In this document: piece after piece, positions 19,437 through 28,673 of the stretch
Layout: every line of letters starts with the position of its first letter
How positions within the stretch are numbered: the first letter of the stretch is position 1
Source of the DNA: Candidatus Marsarchaeota archaeon
Lineage (GTDB): Archaea > Micrarchaeota > Micrarchaeia > Micrarchaeales > Micrarchaeaceae
DNA: 64,000 nucleotides
Direction: 5' to 3'
Assembly: GCA_023473665.1 (NCBI GenBank)
Contig: JAMCYM010000001.1
Location: 52,923-116,922, forward strand
The notes under the pieces: model-generated
Seen by the model: the letters and a program-made list of their open reading frames with translations, nothing else
Told to the model about the DNA's origin: nothing
Databases searched by the model: none
Position numbers and translations under genes: made by a program

Positions 19437-20450
19437 ATGCAGGGAAAGAGAGCCAACCACAATGCCAATGTGCAGCGCAGGCATGATATAATCACATGGC
19501 CACTATATGTGCTGCTCGTTCTGATGCTCGCTCTTTACATATTGTTCCAGCGCGTCGCCTACATCTCGCTCGTTGCAGGCATACTGGTCGTAGTGCTGAT
19601 AGTAGCGCTGCTCGTCATAGAGATAGCCAATGCATCGATGCAGAAGAAGGGAAGGGTGCGGAACATTGCCGAGATAGTGCTGGGCATAGCCATAGTGGTC
19701 GCGCTGTGGTTCGGGCTTCAGGCGGTGCTGGCCACGAGCCATCCGCTCGACGTGGTGCCGAGCTGCAGTATGCTGCCTTACCTGCAGAGGGGCGATATGA
19801 TCCTGCTCCAGGGGGTGCATAACATATCTCAGATAAAGGCGCCTGTCGTCGATGTAACCCAGGAGCAGGTTGCCGCGCTCGAGCAGAACCTCAACAGGGA
19901 GTCGCTGGAGTGCGTAGCATACCTCAGCACCCCTGCAGGCACGTACGTCTCGCAGTTCGTGCGGCAGGGTTACAGCGTTGGCCTGCTCTACAGCTCATCT
20001 TCAGGAAGCGAGATAGTGCCCGGCAGCTTCCAAGACGGGAATCTCGTGCGCTACACCTGCGGCACCACAAGCGTGCTATTCACGAACGGCACCATAATGC
20101 AGGAAGCGTATACAAAGTCGATAACGATCGGAAACACAACTATAACCGGAGACGCCAACAACACCGTGCTGGTATACGGAACCGTGCCTGGCGACCTGTT
20201 CTACAGCTATGGCGACGCCTACATAGTGCACAGGGTATACGCGGTGCTCCGCACAAGCAGCAACTACTACGTGCTTACGAAGGGCGACAACAATCCTGGC
20301 CTAGACTTGCAGTACGGCAATTACCCTGCTAATTCCTCGGAAGTGCAGGGCAAGGTCATCGCCTCAATTCCTTATCTCGGGTACCTCAAGCTCGCGATAA
20401 GCGGCAGCTTCACAGAGCCAACGGGCTGCAACTACACGACGCAGGGCTGA
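19437..20450 (+). CDS. Signal peptidase I (S26, archaeal type) with extra TMs and an insertion
   Basis: SCSMLP (Ser), GDMI, IVHRV (His) and TKGDNN motifs; three N-terminal TM segments. Confidence 0.82.
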   Translation: MQGKRANHNANVQRRHDIITWPLYVLLVLMLALYILFQRVAYISLVAGILVVVLIVALLVIEIANASMQKKGRVRNIAEIVLGIAIVVALWFGLQAVLATSHPLDVVPSCSMLPYLQRGDMILLQGVHNISQIKAPVVDVTQEQVAALEQNLNRESLECVAYLSTPAGTYVSQFVRQGYSVGLLYSSSSGSEIVPGSFQDGNLVRYTCGTTSVLFTNGTIMQEAYTKSITIGNTTITGDANNTVLVYGTVPGDLFYSYGDAYIVHRVYAVLRTSSNYYVLTKGDNNPGLDLQYGNYPANSSEVQGKVIASIPYLGYLKLAISGSFTEPTGCNYTTQG

Positions 20451-20583
20451 TGCCTGCTTTCATACGCCGACGAAACCAGCCAACGCAACAATTTATATAT
20501 GTGTTTCTACTAAAATACCTCTGCAATAAAGCCGACTTAGCGTCTGTTCTCTGGCCTAATGCTCGGATTTTACGGTGCCCTAA

Positions 20584-20904
20584 ATGGCAGACTTGGCAAG
20601 CGACATACGGCTCGCAGTCGACAGCGGAGTCACAGCCATGGGCGTCAACAAGGTCATAGACTCGATAAAGGACAATAGCGCCAAGCTCATAGTCCTGGCA
20701 GAGAAGAACAAGCCCCAGACAGCAAACGACATATCGCACCTGGCCAAAGTGGCAGGCATAAGCGTGATTGTATTTCCGGGCAACTCAATGGAACTCGGGG
20801 CGGTGTGCGGCAAACCCTACAGCGTCTCCGTGCTGTCCATATCAGAGCAGGGCAACTCGAAGATACTCGAGGAAAATTACGTTCAACATACAGCAAAGCA
20901 ATGA
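20584..20904 (+). CDS. rpl30e: 50S ribosomal protein L30e
   Basis: GNSMELGAVCGKPYSVS motif. Confidence 0.95.
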   Translation: MADLASDIRLAVDSGVTAMGVNKVIDSIKDNSAKLIVLAEKNKPQTANDISHLAKVAGISVIVFPGNSMELGAVCGKPYSVSVLSISEQGNSKILEENYVQHTAKQ

Positions 20905-20914
20905 TGGTGATATT

Positions 20915-21343
20915 TTGCCTAACGGTGAATTCGCAGCAAGGAAGCTCCTGAGGGAGCGGAGGCACCAGCGCCTCCTGAAGAAGTGGCTAAAGCGGAGGAG
21001 GCTCAAGCTGAAGCAGAAGTACGATCCTATGGGCACAGTGCCAAGGGCGACCGGCCTTGTGCTGCAGAAGTTTGCTGTCGAGCAGAAGCAGCCGCACTCC
21101 GGGCAGATAAAGTGCGTGCGCGTGCAGCTCATCAAGAACGGGAAGGTCGTTGGGGCTTTCGTGCCTGGCGACGGCACCATAAACTACATAGACGAGCACG
21201 ACGAGGTCACGATAGAGGGCCTTGGAGGCTCTCAGAGAGGCCAGATGGGATGCATACCTGGCATGAAGTACAAGGTAGTCGAGATTAACGGCGCCAATGC
21301 GGTGCAGATAGTGAAGGGCAAGCAGGAGAAGCCGAAGAGATGA
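20915..21343 (+). CDS. rps12: 30S ribosomal protein S12 (uS12)
   Basis: KCVRVQLIKNGK and AFVPGDG; TTG start after a GGTGAT RBS. Confidence 0.95.
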   Translation: MPNGEFAARKLLRERRHQRLLKKWLKRRRLKLKQKYDPMGTVPRATGLVLQKFAVEQKQPHSGQIKCVRVQLIKNGKVVGAFVPGDGTINYIDEHDEVTIEGLGGSQRGQMGCIPGMKYKVVEINGANAVQIVKGKQEKPKR

Positions 21344-22083
21344 CGATCATGGAGAAGGAAGCTCAGGAGGCAATCGCTGGTGCGCAACCAAGCAATGCAC
21401 TTACCGGCAGCGTTGCCGCGCCGAAAAAGCGCCGTCCGCAGGCCAAGACAGCGCCCCTGCCAGAGCACCGCGACGGCATGGACCTTTCGCTGCTTTTCGA
21501 AAAGTACAGCTACGACGTTGCCGTATCAGACCAGAGTATAAAAAGTTACGTAAGCCTGAGGCCTGCGGCCTATCCTGCGAGCTACAGGCGCACGAGCGAC
21601 AAGAAGTTCTCGAAGGCCAACATAAACATAATTGAGAGGCTGGAGAATGCACTGATGCGCGGAGGCACCGGCAAGAAGATAGGCGGGCACGTCATACGCA
21701 CAAAGGGCAGGCTTCAGGGCAAGAAGCTCAAGGTCATGCACATAATAGAGAAGGCGTTCGACGCAGTGCATGCGCAGACAGGCAGCAATCCCGTTCAGGT
21801 GTTCATCAATGCGCTCGAGAACAGCGCACCAATAGAAGACACCACCCGGATAAGGCAGGGCGGCACAATATCGAACATACCTGTAGACATAAGCGCGAGC
21901 CGCAGGCTCGACACGGCGCTCAGGAACATAGCCACTGCAGCAATAATCGGCGCTTTCTCCAACAAGCGCAGCATCTCTCAGGCATTGGCCAACGAGCTTA
22001 TCCTAGCATCGAAGAATGACGTTAACAGCTATGCGATCAAGCGCAAGAACGAGATAGAGCGCATGGCAAGGAGCGCAAAGTGA
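21340..22083 (+). CDS. rps7: 30S ribosomal protein S7 (uS7)
   Basis: NPVQV-x-x-NALENSAP, VDIS and SYAIKRKNEIERMARS motifs. Confidence 0.95.
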   Translation: MTIMEKEAQEAIAGAQPSNALTGSVAAPKKRRPQAKTAPLPEHRDGMDLSLLFEKYSYDVAVSDQSIKSYVSLRPAAYPASYRRTSDKKFSKANINIIERLENALMRGGTGKKIGGHVIRTKGRLQGKKLKVMHIIEKAFDAVHAQTGSNPVQVFINALENSAPIEDTTRIRQGGTISNIPVDISASRRLDTALRNIATAAIIGAFSNKRSISQALANELILASKNDVNSYAIKRKNEIERMARSAK

Positions 22084-22092
22084 GGTGCTCTC

Positions 22093-24285
22093 ATGGTAAG
22101 AAAGGAATACGTTGTAGAGGAAATCGCTAAGATAATGCACGCCATAGAGCGTATAAGGAACGTTGCGATAATAGCCCATGTCCACCACGGCAAGACCACC
22201 CTTACCGATTCATTGTTGGCGCGCGCGGGTCTCATATCCAAGACGGTTGCAGGAGAGGCCCTGTACACAAACTACGAGGCCATAGAGAAGGACAGGCGCA
22301 TGACCATCAAGTCCGCCAACATATCCCTCGGCTTTGACTACAAGGGCATGGACTACATAATCAACCTGATAGACACGCCAGGCCACGTCGACTTCGGTGG
22401 TCACGTCACCAGATCCATGCGCGCTGTTGACGGCGTAGTGCTTGTCGTCGATCCTGTCGAGGGTGTGATGCCCCAGACCGAGACGGTGCTGAGGCAGGCC
22501 CTCAAGGAGAAGGCGAAGCCCGTGCTGTTCATAAACAAGGTCGACAGGCTGCTCAACGAGCTCAGGCTCACGCAGGAGCAGACATTCGAGCGCCTGCTGA
22601 AGCTCATAGACGACATAAACAAAATGATAGACCGTTACGCCCCGGAGGAGTTCGTGAAGGACTGGAAGGTCAGCGTTGAGAACGGTAGCGTAGCGATGGG
22701 CTCGGCGTACAAGAAATGGGCCATATCAAAGCCGATAATGGACAAGTACAAGACCACGTTCAAGGACATATTTGCGCTCACTGCCGCGCAGGACGAGAAG
22801 AAGCTGCAGGAAGTCGCCCCGATAGACGAGGCTGTGCTCACAATGATAATAGACCACCTGCCAAGCCCGCAGGTGGCGCAGAAGTATCGCATACCCCAGA
22901 TATGGCATGGCGATCTCAACAGCCCTGACGGCCAGGCGATGCTCAACACCGATGCATCTGCCGGAACAAACGTCGTTGTGTTCAACATAGTTTATGATCC
23001 ACACAGCGGCGACGTGCCGGTAGGACGCATATTCTCAGGCGTGGCAAAGAAGGGCATAGAGCTGCACGTGTCAGGCAACCCTGGGACGCAAAGGCTCCAG
23101 CAGGTCGGCATATACATGGCGGCGGAGCGCGTTCCGGTGGAGCAGATACCCGCTGGCAACATAGTAGCGCTCATAGGCCTCAAGGACGTCAACATAGGCG
23201 ACACGATAAGCACCAACATCATAGAGCCGTTCGAGCAGATAACGCACTACTCTAAGCCCGTTGTGACGAAGGCGGTGGAAGCCAAAGACACGCGCGACAC
23301 CACGAAGCTCATAGAGGCGCTGCGCGAGCTCTCCAAGGAAGACCCAACGATAGTGACCGAGATAAATCAGGAAACCGGAGAGCATCTGGTCAGCGGCATG
23401 GGAGAGCTGCACCTCGAGATAATAGAGACGAAGCTCAGGGACGATTTCAAGATTCCGGTCATAACGAGCCCGCCGATCGTGATATACAGGGAAACGATAA
23501 ACTCCAAAGCAGGCCCGATAGAGGGCAAGACCCCGAACAGGCACTCCAGGTTCTATGTTACTGTCGAGCCGCTGTCAGAAGGCGTACAGAAGGCGATAGA
23601 CGAGGGCTCCATACGCGAGGGCAAGCCCAAAGGCCAAAACGCCATAGAGGCGATGGTCACAGCAGGGCTGGACAGGCAGATAGCCAAGAACGTTGAGGAG
23701 ATATCCAACAAGTGCATGCTCGCAGACACGACGCACGGCGTCCAGTATATGAACGAGGTCATGGAGCTCTTGATAGACGGCTTCGACGAGGCCGTCAAGG
23801 ACGGCCCGTTGGCAAGGGAGAAATGCTCAGGCGTGCTGGTCAGCGTGGTAGACGCAACCATACACGAGGATCCCGTGCACAGGGGGCCTGCGCAGATAAT
23901 ACCTGCTATAAGGAACGCGATATATGCAGGCATGCTCACGGCCGGCGTGACCCTCCTGGAGCCCAAACAGGACTTCACGATAAACATACCACAGGAGTAC
24001 ATTTCCAATGTTATAACGTTCATCCAGAGCAAGCGCGGCCAGGTTGCAAGCATAACGCAGGACCGCGAGCAGGTCTCGATAACTGCGAAGATGCCTGTTG
24101 CAGAGACGCTGAAGGGTTTCTCGAACGACCTCCGCGGCCTGACGCAAGGCAGGGCCATATGGTACACGGCATTCGCTGGCTACGAACGCCTGCCCACGGA
24201 CCTGCAGAACAAGATAGTCCGCGAGATACGCGAACGCAAGGGGCAGAGCCCTGAGCCGCCAACGCCAGCGCAGTTCATGGACTAA
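22093..24285 (+). CDS. fusA: Elongation factor EF-2
   Basis: HGKTT, DTPGHVDFGG, NKVD, GMGELHLE and HEDPVHRG (diphthamide site). Confidence 0.97.
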   Translation: MVRKEYVVEEIAKIMHAIERIRNVAIIAHVHHGKTTLTDSLLARAGLISKTVAGEALYTNYEAIEKDRRMTIKSANISLGFDYKGMDYIINLIDTPGHVDFGGHVTRSMRAVDGVVLVVDPVEGVMPQTETVLRQALKEKAKPVLFINKVDRLLNELRLTQEQTFERLLKLIDDINKMIDRYAPEEFVKDWKVSVENGSVAMGSAYKKWAISKPIMDKYKTTFKDIFALTAAQDEKKLQEVAPIDEAVLTMIIDHLPSPQVAQKYRIPQIWHGDLNSPDGQAMLNTDASAGTNVVVFNIVYDPHSGDVPVGRIFSGVAKKGIELHVSGNPGTQRLQQVGIYMAAERVPVEQIPAGNIVALIGLKDVNIGDTISTNIIEPFEQITHYSKPVVTKAVEAKDTRDTTKLIEALRELSKEDPTIVTEINQETGEHLVSGMGELHLEIIETKLRDDFKIPVITSPPIVIYRETINSKAGPIEGKTPNRHSRFYVTVEPLSEGVQKAIDEGSIREGKPKGQNAIEAMVTAGLDRQIAKNVEEISNKCMLADTTHGVQYMNEVMELLIDGFDEAVKDGPLAREKCSGVLVSVVDATIHEDPVHRGPAQIIPAIRNAIYAGMLTAGVTLLEPKQDFTINIPQEYISNVITFIQSKRGQVASITQDREQVSITAKMPVAETLKGFSNDLRGLTQGRAIWYTAFAGYERLPTDLQNKIVREIRERKGQSPEPPTPAQFMD

Positions 24286-24450
24286 CGGTTTGCTCATAAC
24301 GTAGCTCATAAAGTCATTTTATGAGCAGAATTGATTTCTTGAACAAAGCTATGGACTAGCGAACGTTTAAATAGCTTAACTGGGAATTATCACAGGTTTC
24401 TCCTTACAGGGAATGAAAATACCGATGAGGCTAAAACCAAGGTGTTTCCG

Positions 24451-24975
24451 ATGGCAAAATCCTACGTGAAATTCGAAGTATCTAAAGAAGTCGCAGACAA
24501 GACGTACGAGGCCCTCCAGCTAGCCAAGCAAGGCGGCAAGATAAGGAAGGGTGTGAATGAAGCCACGAAGAGCGTGGAGCGCGGGCTCGCCAGCTTCGTT
24601 GTGCTGGCCGAGGACGTGGAGCCCGAGGAGGTAATAATGCACCTGCCTATGCTCTGCGAGCAGAAGAAGATACCCTTCTCGTACGTTCCAAGCAAGCTCG
24701 AGCTCGGCAAGGCGATAGGCCTGGGCGTGCAGTGCGCGGCAGTTGCCATAGAGAGCCAGGGTGGAGGCGCGTCCGCCATAAAGGACGTCATAGCGAGAGT
24801 CACAGGCACCTCGCAGAAGGCGCAATCTCAGGCGCCTCAGACGCCGGCAGCGCAGCCGAAGCCAAAGGAGGCCAAGCCCCATGCAAAGAAGCAGGAGCAG
24901 AAACCCGGTGAGCGTGCCGAGGCGCAGCAGCCTGCGCCAGCGCAGGCTGAGCCGTCGCAGCAGGCCAAGCAATAA
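24451..24975 (+). CDS. rpl7ae: 50S ribosomal protein L7Ae with a Q/P/A-rich C-terminal extension
   Basis: GVNEATKSVERG, AEDVEPEE and LCEQKKIP motifs. Confidence 0.95.
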   Translation: MAKSYVKFEVSKEVADKTYEALQLAKQGGKIRKGVNEATKSVERGLASFVVLAEDVEPEEVIMHLPMLCEQKKIPFSYVPSKLELGKAIGLGVQCAAVAIESQGGGASAIKDVIARVTGTSQKAQSQAPQTPAAQPKPKEAKPHAKKQEQKPGERAEAQQPAPAQAEPSQQAKQ

Positions 24976-24998
24976 TAGACATCAATTCGTGATGAATC

Positions 24999-25265
24999 AT
25001 GGCTGCAGAGTCACCTCAAAGTCCGGCTACGCCGCAGAAGCCAGCAGCGCAGCAACTGGCCGGCTTTCTGGCGGAGATAGTCGACGTGAACAAGAAGGTA
25101 AAGACCGGAATGTACGGCGAGGTGTACTCAGTTGCATGCAGGATCCTGGAGGGCGGCGATACAGGCCGCATAATAAGGCGCAATCTTATAGGTCCGGTCA
25201 AGAAGGGCGACGTAGTGAGGCTGCCAGACACCAGCAGGGAGGCCAGGGAAATAAAGGTAAAGTAG
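24999..25265 (+). CDS. rps28e: 30S ribosomal protein S28e
   Basis: TGMYGEV, RIIRRN-x-x-GPV and REAREI motifs. Confidence 0.93.
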   Translation: MAAESPQSPATPQKPAAQQLAGFLAEIVDVNKKVKTGMYGEVYSVACRILEGGDTGRIIRRNLIGPVKKGDVVRLPDTSREAREIKVK

Positions 25266-25272
25266 TGATTGC

Positions 25273-25488
25273 GTGAAGTGCTCTTATTGCGGAAGCGATC
25301 TGCCGAGAGACGGGGGCATGATGTACGTATTCCGCACAGGCAAGATAAACTACTACTGCTCAAGCAGATGCTACAAGTACGACATAATATTGCACAGGAA
25401 GCTGAAGAAGGAGGTAAAGGCAACGGCGCAAGTGAAGAGGGAGAAGCCCGCAGAAGCGAGCACGGCCGCCCCGAAGCCGAAAGCTTGA
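25273..25488 (+). CDS. rpl24e: 50S ribosomal protein L24e
   Basis: CSYCG...G-x-MYV...YCSSRC; conserved position after S28e. Confidence 0.92.
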   Translation: MKCSYCGSDLPRDGGMMYVFRTGKINYYCSSRCYKYDIILHRKLKKEVKATAQVKREKPAEASTAAPKPKA

Positions 25489-25492
25489 GCTT

Positions 25493-25913
25493 TCATCCAT
25501 TCATTTTCTTGTACCTTATGAATTCTTTCAACACCTTGCCATAGCTCTCGCCAATGTCCATCTTCAGCGCATCGGACGGCTTTACCCATCTGTAGGCGTC
25601 CAGCGCTTCATGCAGCCTCAATTTCCCCCCCGTCACCTTGCAATAAACGTCAAAATAAATGAAATGTGCTGGCCGGTGGAAGTCCTTTGAGTTTATCAGC
25701 TCGCCCACGTCACTATGGCAACTGGTTTGAGATCCATTTCTGTTCCTCCTTTCCCTCCCTTGCCATTGCATCCATTATGGTTTCGCCGGGCTCTATGTGC
25801 CCGCCCGGCATGACCCATTTGTTTTTCCACTTTGCGTCCCTAACAAGCAGTATCTCTCTATGTTCGTTCTCGATTATTGCGCTTCCCGTTGCTTCTACAC
25901 CATGAGGGAACAT
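25493..25913 (-). pseudogene. Nudix hydrolase interrupted by two single-base frameshifts (pseudogene or sequencing error)
   Basis: Nudix box PGGHIEPGETIMDAMAREGKEE; adding one A near 25743 and one G near 25705 restores ...EETEMDLKPVAIVTWGELINSKDF... through to the stop at 25493. Confidence 0.75.
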
Positions 25914-25929
25914 GGACGGGTCGAAAGGA

Positions 25930-27006
25930 TCACGCTTCCCGGTTCTTCTCGAAGACCTCATCTAGATCAAGCTCCTTCAGCTCGGTTACCTTCCTCTGTA
26001 TGCCTGCTTCTGTGTATTCGGGGAACTCCACGCCGCTCACTACTATCATGACACGCAGCACGTCCTTCTGCATGTCTGGATCTATGCGCGCACCCCACTT
26101 GAGCATCGCATCAGGACTTATGCGCCCGGCCACGTCCTGGAATACGGATTCTGCCTCTCTGAGCGTTAGGCTCTCGCCTCCTATTATGTTGATGAGCGCC
26201 TTCTTCGCATTGCCGAAATCGGCATCGAGCATCGGGCTCTTTATTGCGTTGTCGAGCGCTATCAGCGCGCGCTTGCCATCGTTCGCTGTTGCAGCGCCCT
26301 CTCCGGTGCCTATTACTGCATAGCCCGAATCGCGCAGCACAGCGCGCAGGTCAGCGAAGTCTATGTTGACCATGCCCGGCTTCGTCACCATCTCAACTAT
26401 GCCCTTCGTAGCGCTCGCCAATACCTCGTCAGATACCCTGAATGCCATGTTGAGCGGCAAGTCAGGCGCTACCGAAAGCAGCTTATCGTTGTGTATTATT
26501 ATCACAGTATCAGCAACCTTCCTCAGCTTGCCGAGGCCCTCGAGTGCGTTCTTCATGCGCGTCTTGCCTTCGCTGGAGAACGGCAGCGTCACTATTGCCA
26601 CTGTCAGCGCGCCGGCCTCCTTTGCCTCGTGCGCTATCGTTGAAACGGATCCGGTTCCGGTTCCACCGCCTAGCCCACACGTCACGAAAACAAGGTTCGC
26701 ATCGCCCAGCATGTGCCTTATCTCCTCCTTGCTCTCCAAGGCTGCTTCTTCGCCGACCTTGATGTCGCTGCCTGCCCCAAGGCCCTTCGTGACCTTTTTG
26801 CCGAGAAGCAGCTTGCGCTCAGCGCTCGTCTTTATGAGGTGCGGCGCATCTGTGTTCATTGCAATCAATGTTGCTCCGTCAAGGCCTAGCGAGGCCAGCC
26901 TCGTGACCGTGTTGCTTCCGCTCCCTCCGGTTCCAACCACATATATCTTCGGTTTCGCGCTCTCTATGAATCTAAGGATGTCCTCATCGTCAACGCTAGC
27001 TGCCAT
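25930..27006 (-). CDS. ftsZ: Cell division protein FtsZ
   Basis: GTGGSGSN, NTD, GLGGGTGTG and NIDFADL motifs. Confidence 0.97.
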   Translation of the reverse strand: MAASVDDEDILRFIESAKPKIYVVGTGGSGSNTVTRLASLGLDGATLIAMNTDAPHLIKTSAERKLLLGKKVTKGLGAGSDIKVGEEAALESKEEIRHMLGDANLVFVTCGLGGGTGTGSVSTIAHEAKEAGALTVAIVTLPFSSEGKTRMKNALEGLGKLRKVADTVIIIHNDKLLSVAPDLPLNMAFRVSDEVLASATKGIVEMVTKPGMVNIDFADLRAVLRDSGYAVIGTGEGAATANDGKRALIALDNAIKSPMLDADFGNAKKALINIIGGESLTLREAESVFQDVAGRISPDAMLKWGARIDPDMQKDVLRVMIVVSGVEFPEYTEAGIQRKVTELKELDLDEVFEKNREA

Positions 27007-27104
27007 AAGATTACCTGCCTGTTCGCCTGTTTTTCTTTTCAAGTAAAAATATAAAAGGTTAGACTCTCTATGAGCAATCGCGTGTTTTCCATCAAGGTGC
27101 TGGA

Positions 27105-28070
27105 ATGGCAAAATCTAACGGTGATTTAGGGAAGAAGGCCCTCCTGGCGGAGGGCGTGAAGGACATACGGCTCAAGAAGGGCATGCGGGTGTCGGAGCTC
27201 ATCGCTGCAATGGAGAAAATGGGAGGCTTCTCTGGCCAGCACATGATCGACGGCATACACATACTTGATGCGATGCTGAAAGATAAAGACTCGTACAACT
27301 TCCTTTCGTTCCCGGCCGACATAGTCTCAACAGGCCTCAGGGGCGTGCTTGCCGGCATGGTGAAACATTTCGACGCCATAATCACGACTTGCGGCACACT
27401 CGATCATGACATAGCCAGGGCGTTCGGGGGTAAGTACAGCGTAGGAACATTCAATGTCGACGACACGAAGCTGCACTCAATGGGGATATACAGGCTTGGA
27501 AATGTATTCATAGAGAACAAGGAATACGGCAAGATGCTAGAGGACTCGTTCAGGAAGGTAATGGACGACATATATGCGTCAAAGGACTATAAGGGCGAGT
27601 ACAGCCCCAGCGAGCTGATAAACGAGTTCGGGAAGCGCATCACGGATGAGCACTCTATACTGCGCCAGGCCTACCTGCACAATGTCAAGATCTTCAATCC
27701 TGGCATAGTGGATGGCGCTTTCGGCACCCAGCTCGCGATTTTTGCGCAGGACCACGACTTCAAGCTGAATGTGATAAAGGACGAGCTGGAGCTGAGCAAC
27801 ATATCGTTCGACAACAAGGTTACTGGCGCGCTGATGATGGGAGGCGGCATAAGCAAGCACCATGTCATATGGTGGAACCAGTTCAAGGGCGGCCTCGACT
27901 ATGCTGTCTACATAACCACTGCAACACAGTACGACGGCTCGCTATCGGGAGCCAGGCTGACAGAGGCCGTGTCGTGGGGCAAGATAAAGGAGAAGGCCAA
28001 GTATACCACGATAGACGGCGACGCCACTATAATACTGCCATTCATGGCTGCCGCACTTGACATCGTCTGA
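27105..28070 (+). CDS. dys: Deoxyhypusine synthase
   Basis: STGLRG, GGGISKHH and DGSLSGARLTEAVSWGK motifs. Confidence 0.96.
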   Translation: MAKSNGDLGKKALLAEGVKDIRLKKGMRVSELIAAMEKMGGFSGQHMIDGIHILDAMLKDKDSYNFLSFPADIVSTGLRGVLAGMVKHFDAIITTCGTLDHDIARAFGGKYSVGTFNVDDTKLHSMGIYRLGNVFIENKEYGKMLEDSFRKVMDDIYASKDYKGEYSPSELINEFGKRITDEHSILRQAYLHNVKIFNPGIVDGAFGTQLAIFAQDHDFKLNVIKDELELSNISFDNKVTGALMMGGGISKHHVIWWNQFKGGLDYAVYITTATQYDGSLSGARLTEAVSWGKIKEKAKYTTIDGDATIILPFMAAALDIV

Positions 28071-28079
28071 AGTGATGCA

Positions 28080-28648
28080 ATGGCTGACGACACGAGATAA
28101 CCATCCTCAATGTAGAACGGAGCCAGGTCCTCAGCAGGCTGAAGGAGCTGGGTGCCAGGCATGTCGGCAACCACGTGTTCCGGCGCATGGAATTCGCCTT
28201 GGACGGCAGGCTGGGCTCCGCCCATTCATGGGTGCGGGTAAGGACCGACGGAAATGAAACAACGCTCACGTTCAAGCAGATGCGCAAGAATGGCGGCTTC
28301 GAGCCGATGATAGAACACGAGGTCAAGACAGCAGACTTCGCCGAGACTGTTAAGATAATGGGCAGGCTTGCTAAACGGGAATGCATATACTTTGAGAACA
28401 GCCGCGAGGCATACGAGCTTGACGGCGCGTACATCACCTTAGACAAGTGGCCGAAGATCCCTCTTTACGTGGAGATTGAGGCACCCTCAAATGCGCAGCT
28501 GAAGCGCATCTACAAAAAGCTCGGTATAAAAGGGGAGTTCGTCGGCAATGTCGCAATCCATGGTGTCTATAAGCGCTACGGCCTGGATTTCCTGGACGTA
28601 ATGCGGGGCAATTCAACCAAGCTGGAAAGGCTGCTGAAAGACGACTGA
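28080..28648 (+). pseudogene. CYTH-domain protein (class IV adenylate cyclase/triphosphatase-like) with a frameshift at codon 4
   Basis: WVRVR, LTFK, EHEV, REAY and YVEIE motifs; ATG GCT GAC GA_ CAC GAG needs one base to give the N-terminal ExE motif (MADEHEIT). Confidence 0.7.
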
Positions 28649-28673
28649 TACTTCACAGGTTGTGCTGAGCTGC

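Noticed and set aside
20584..20915. nusA absent between rpl30e and rps12
   Set aside because: Simple rearrangement; nusA may lie elsewhere and this cannot be judged from the window
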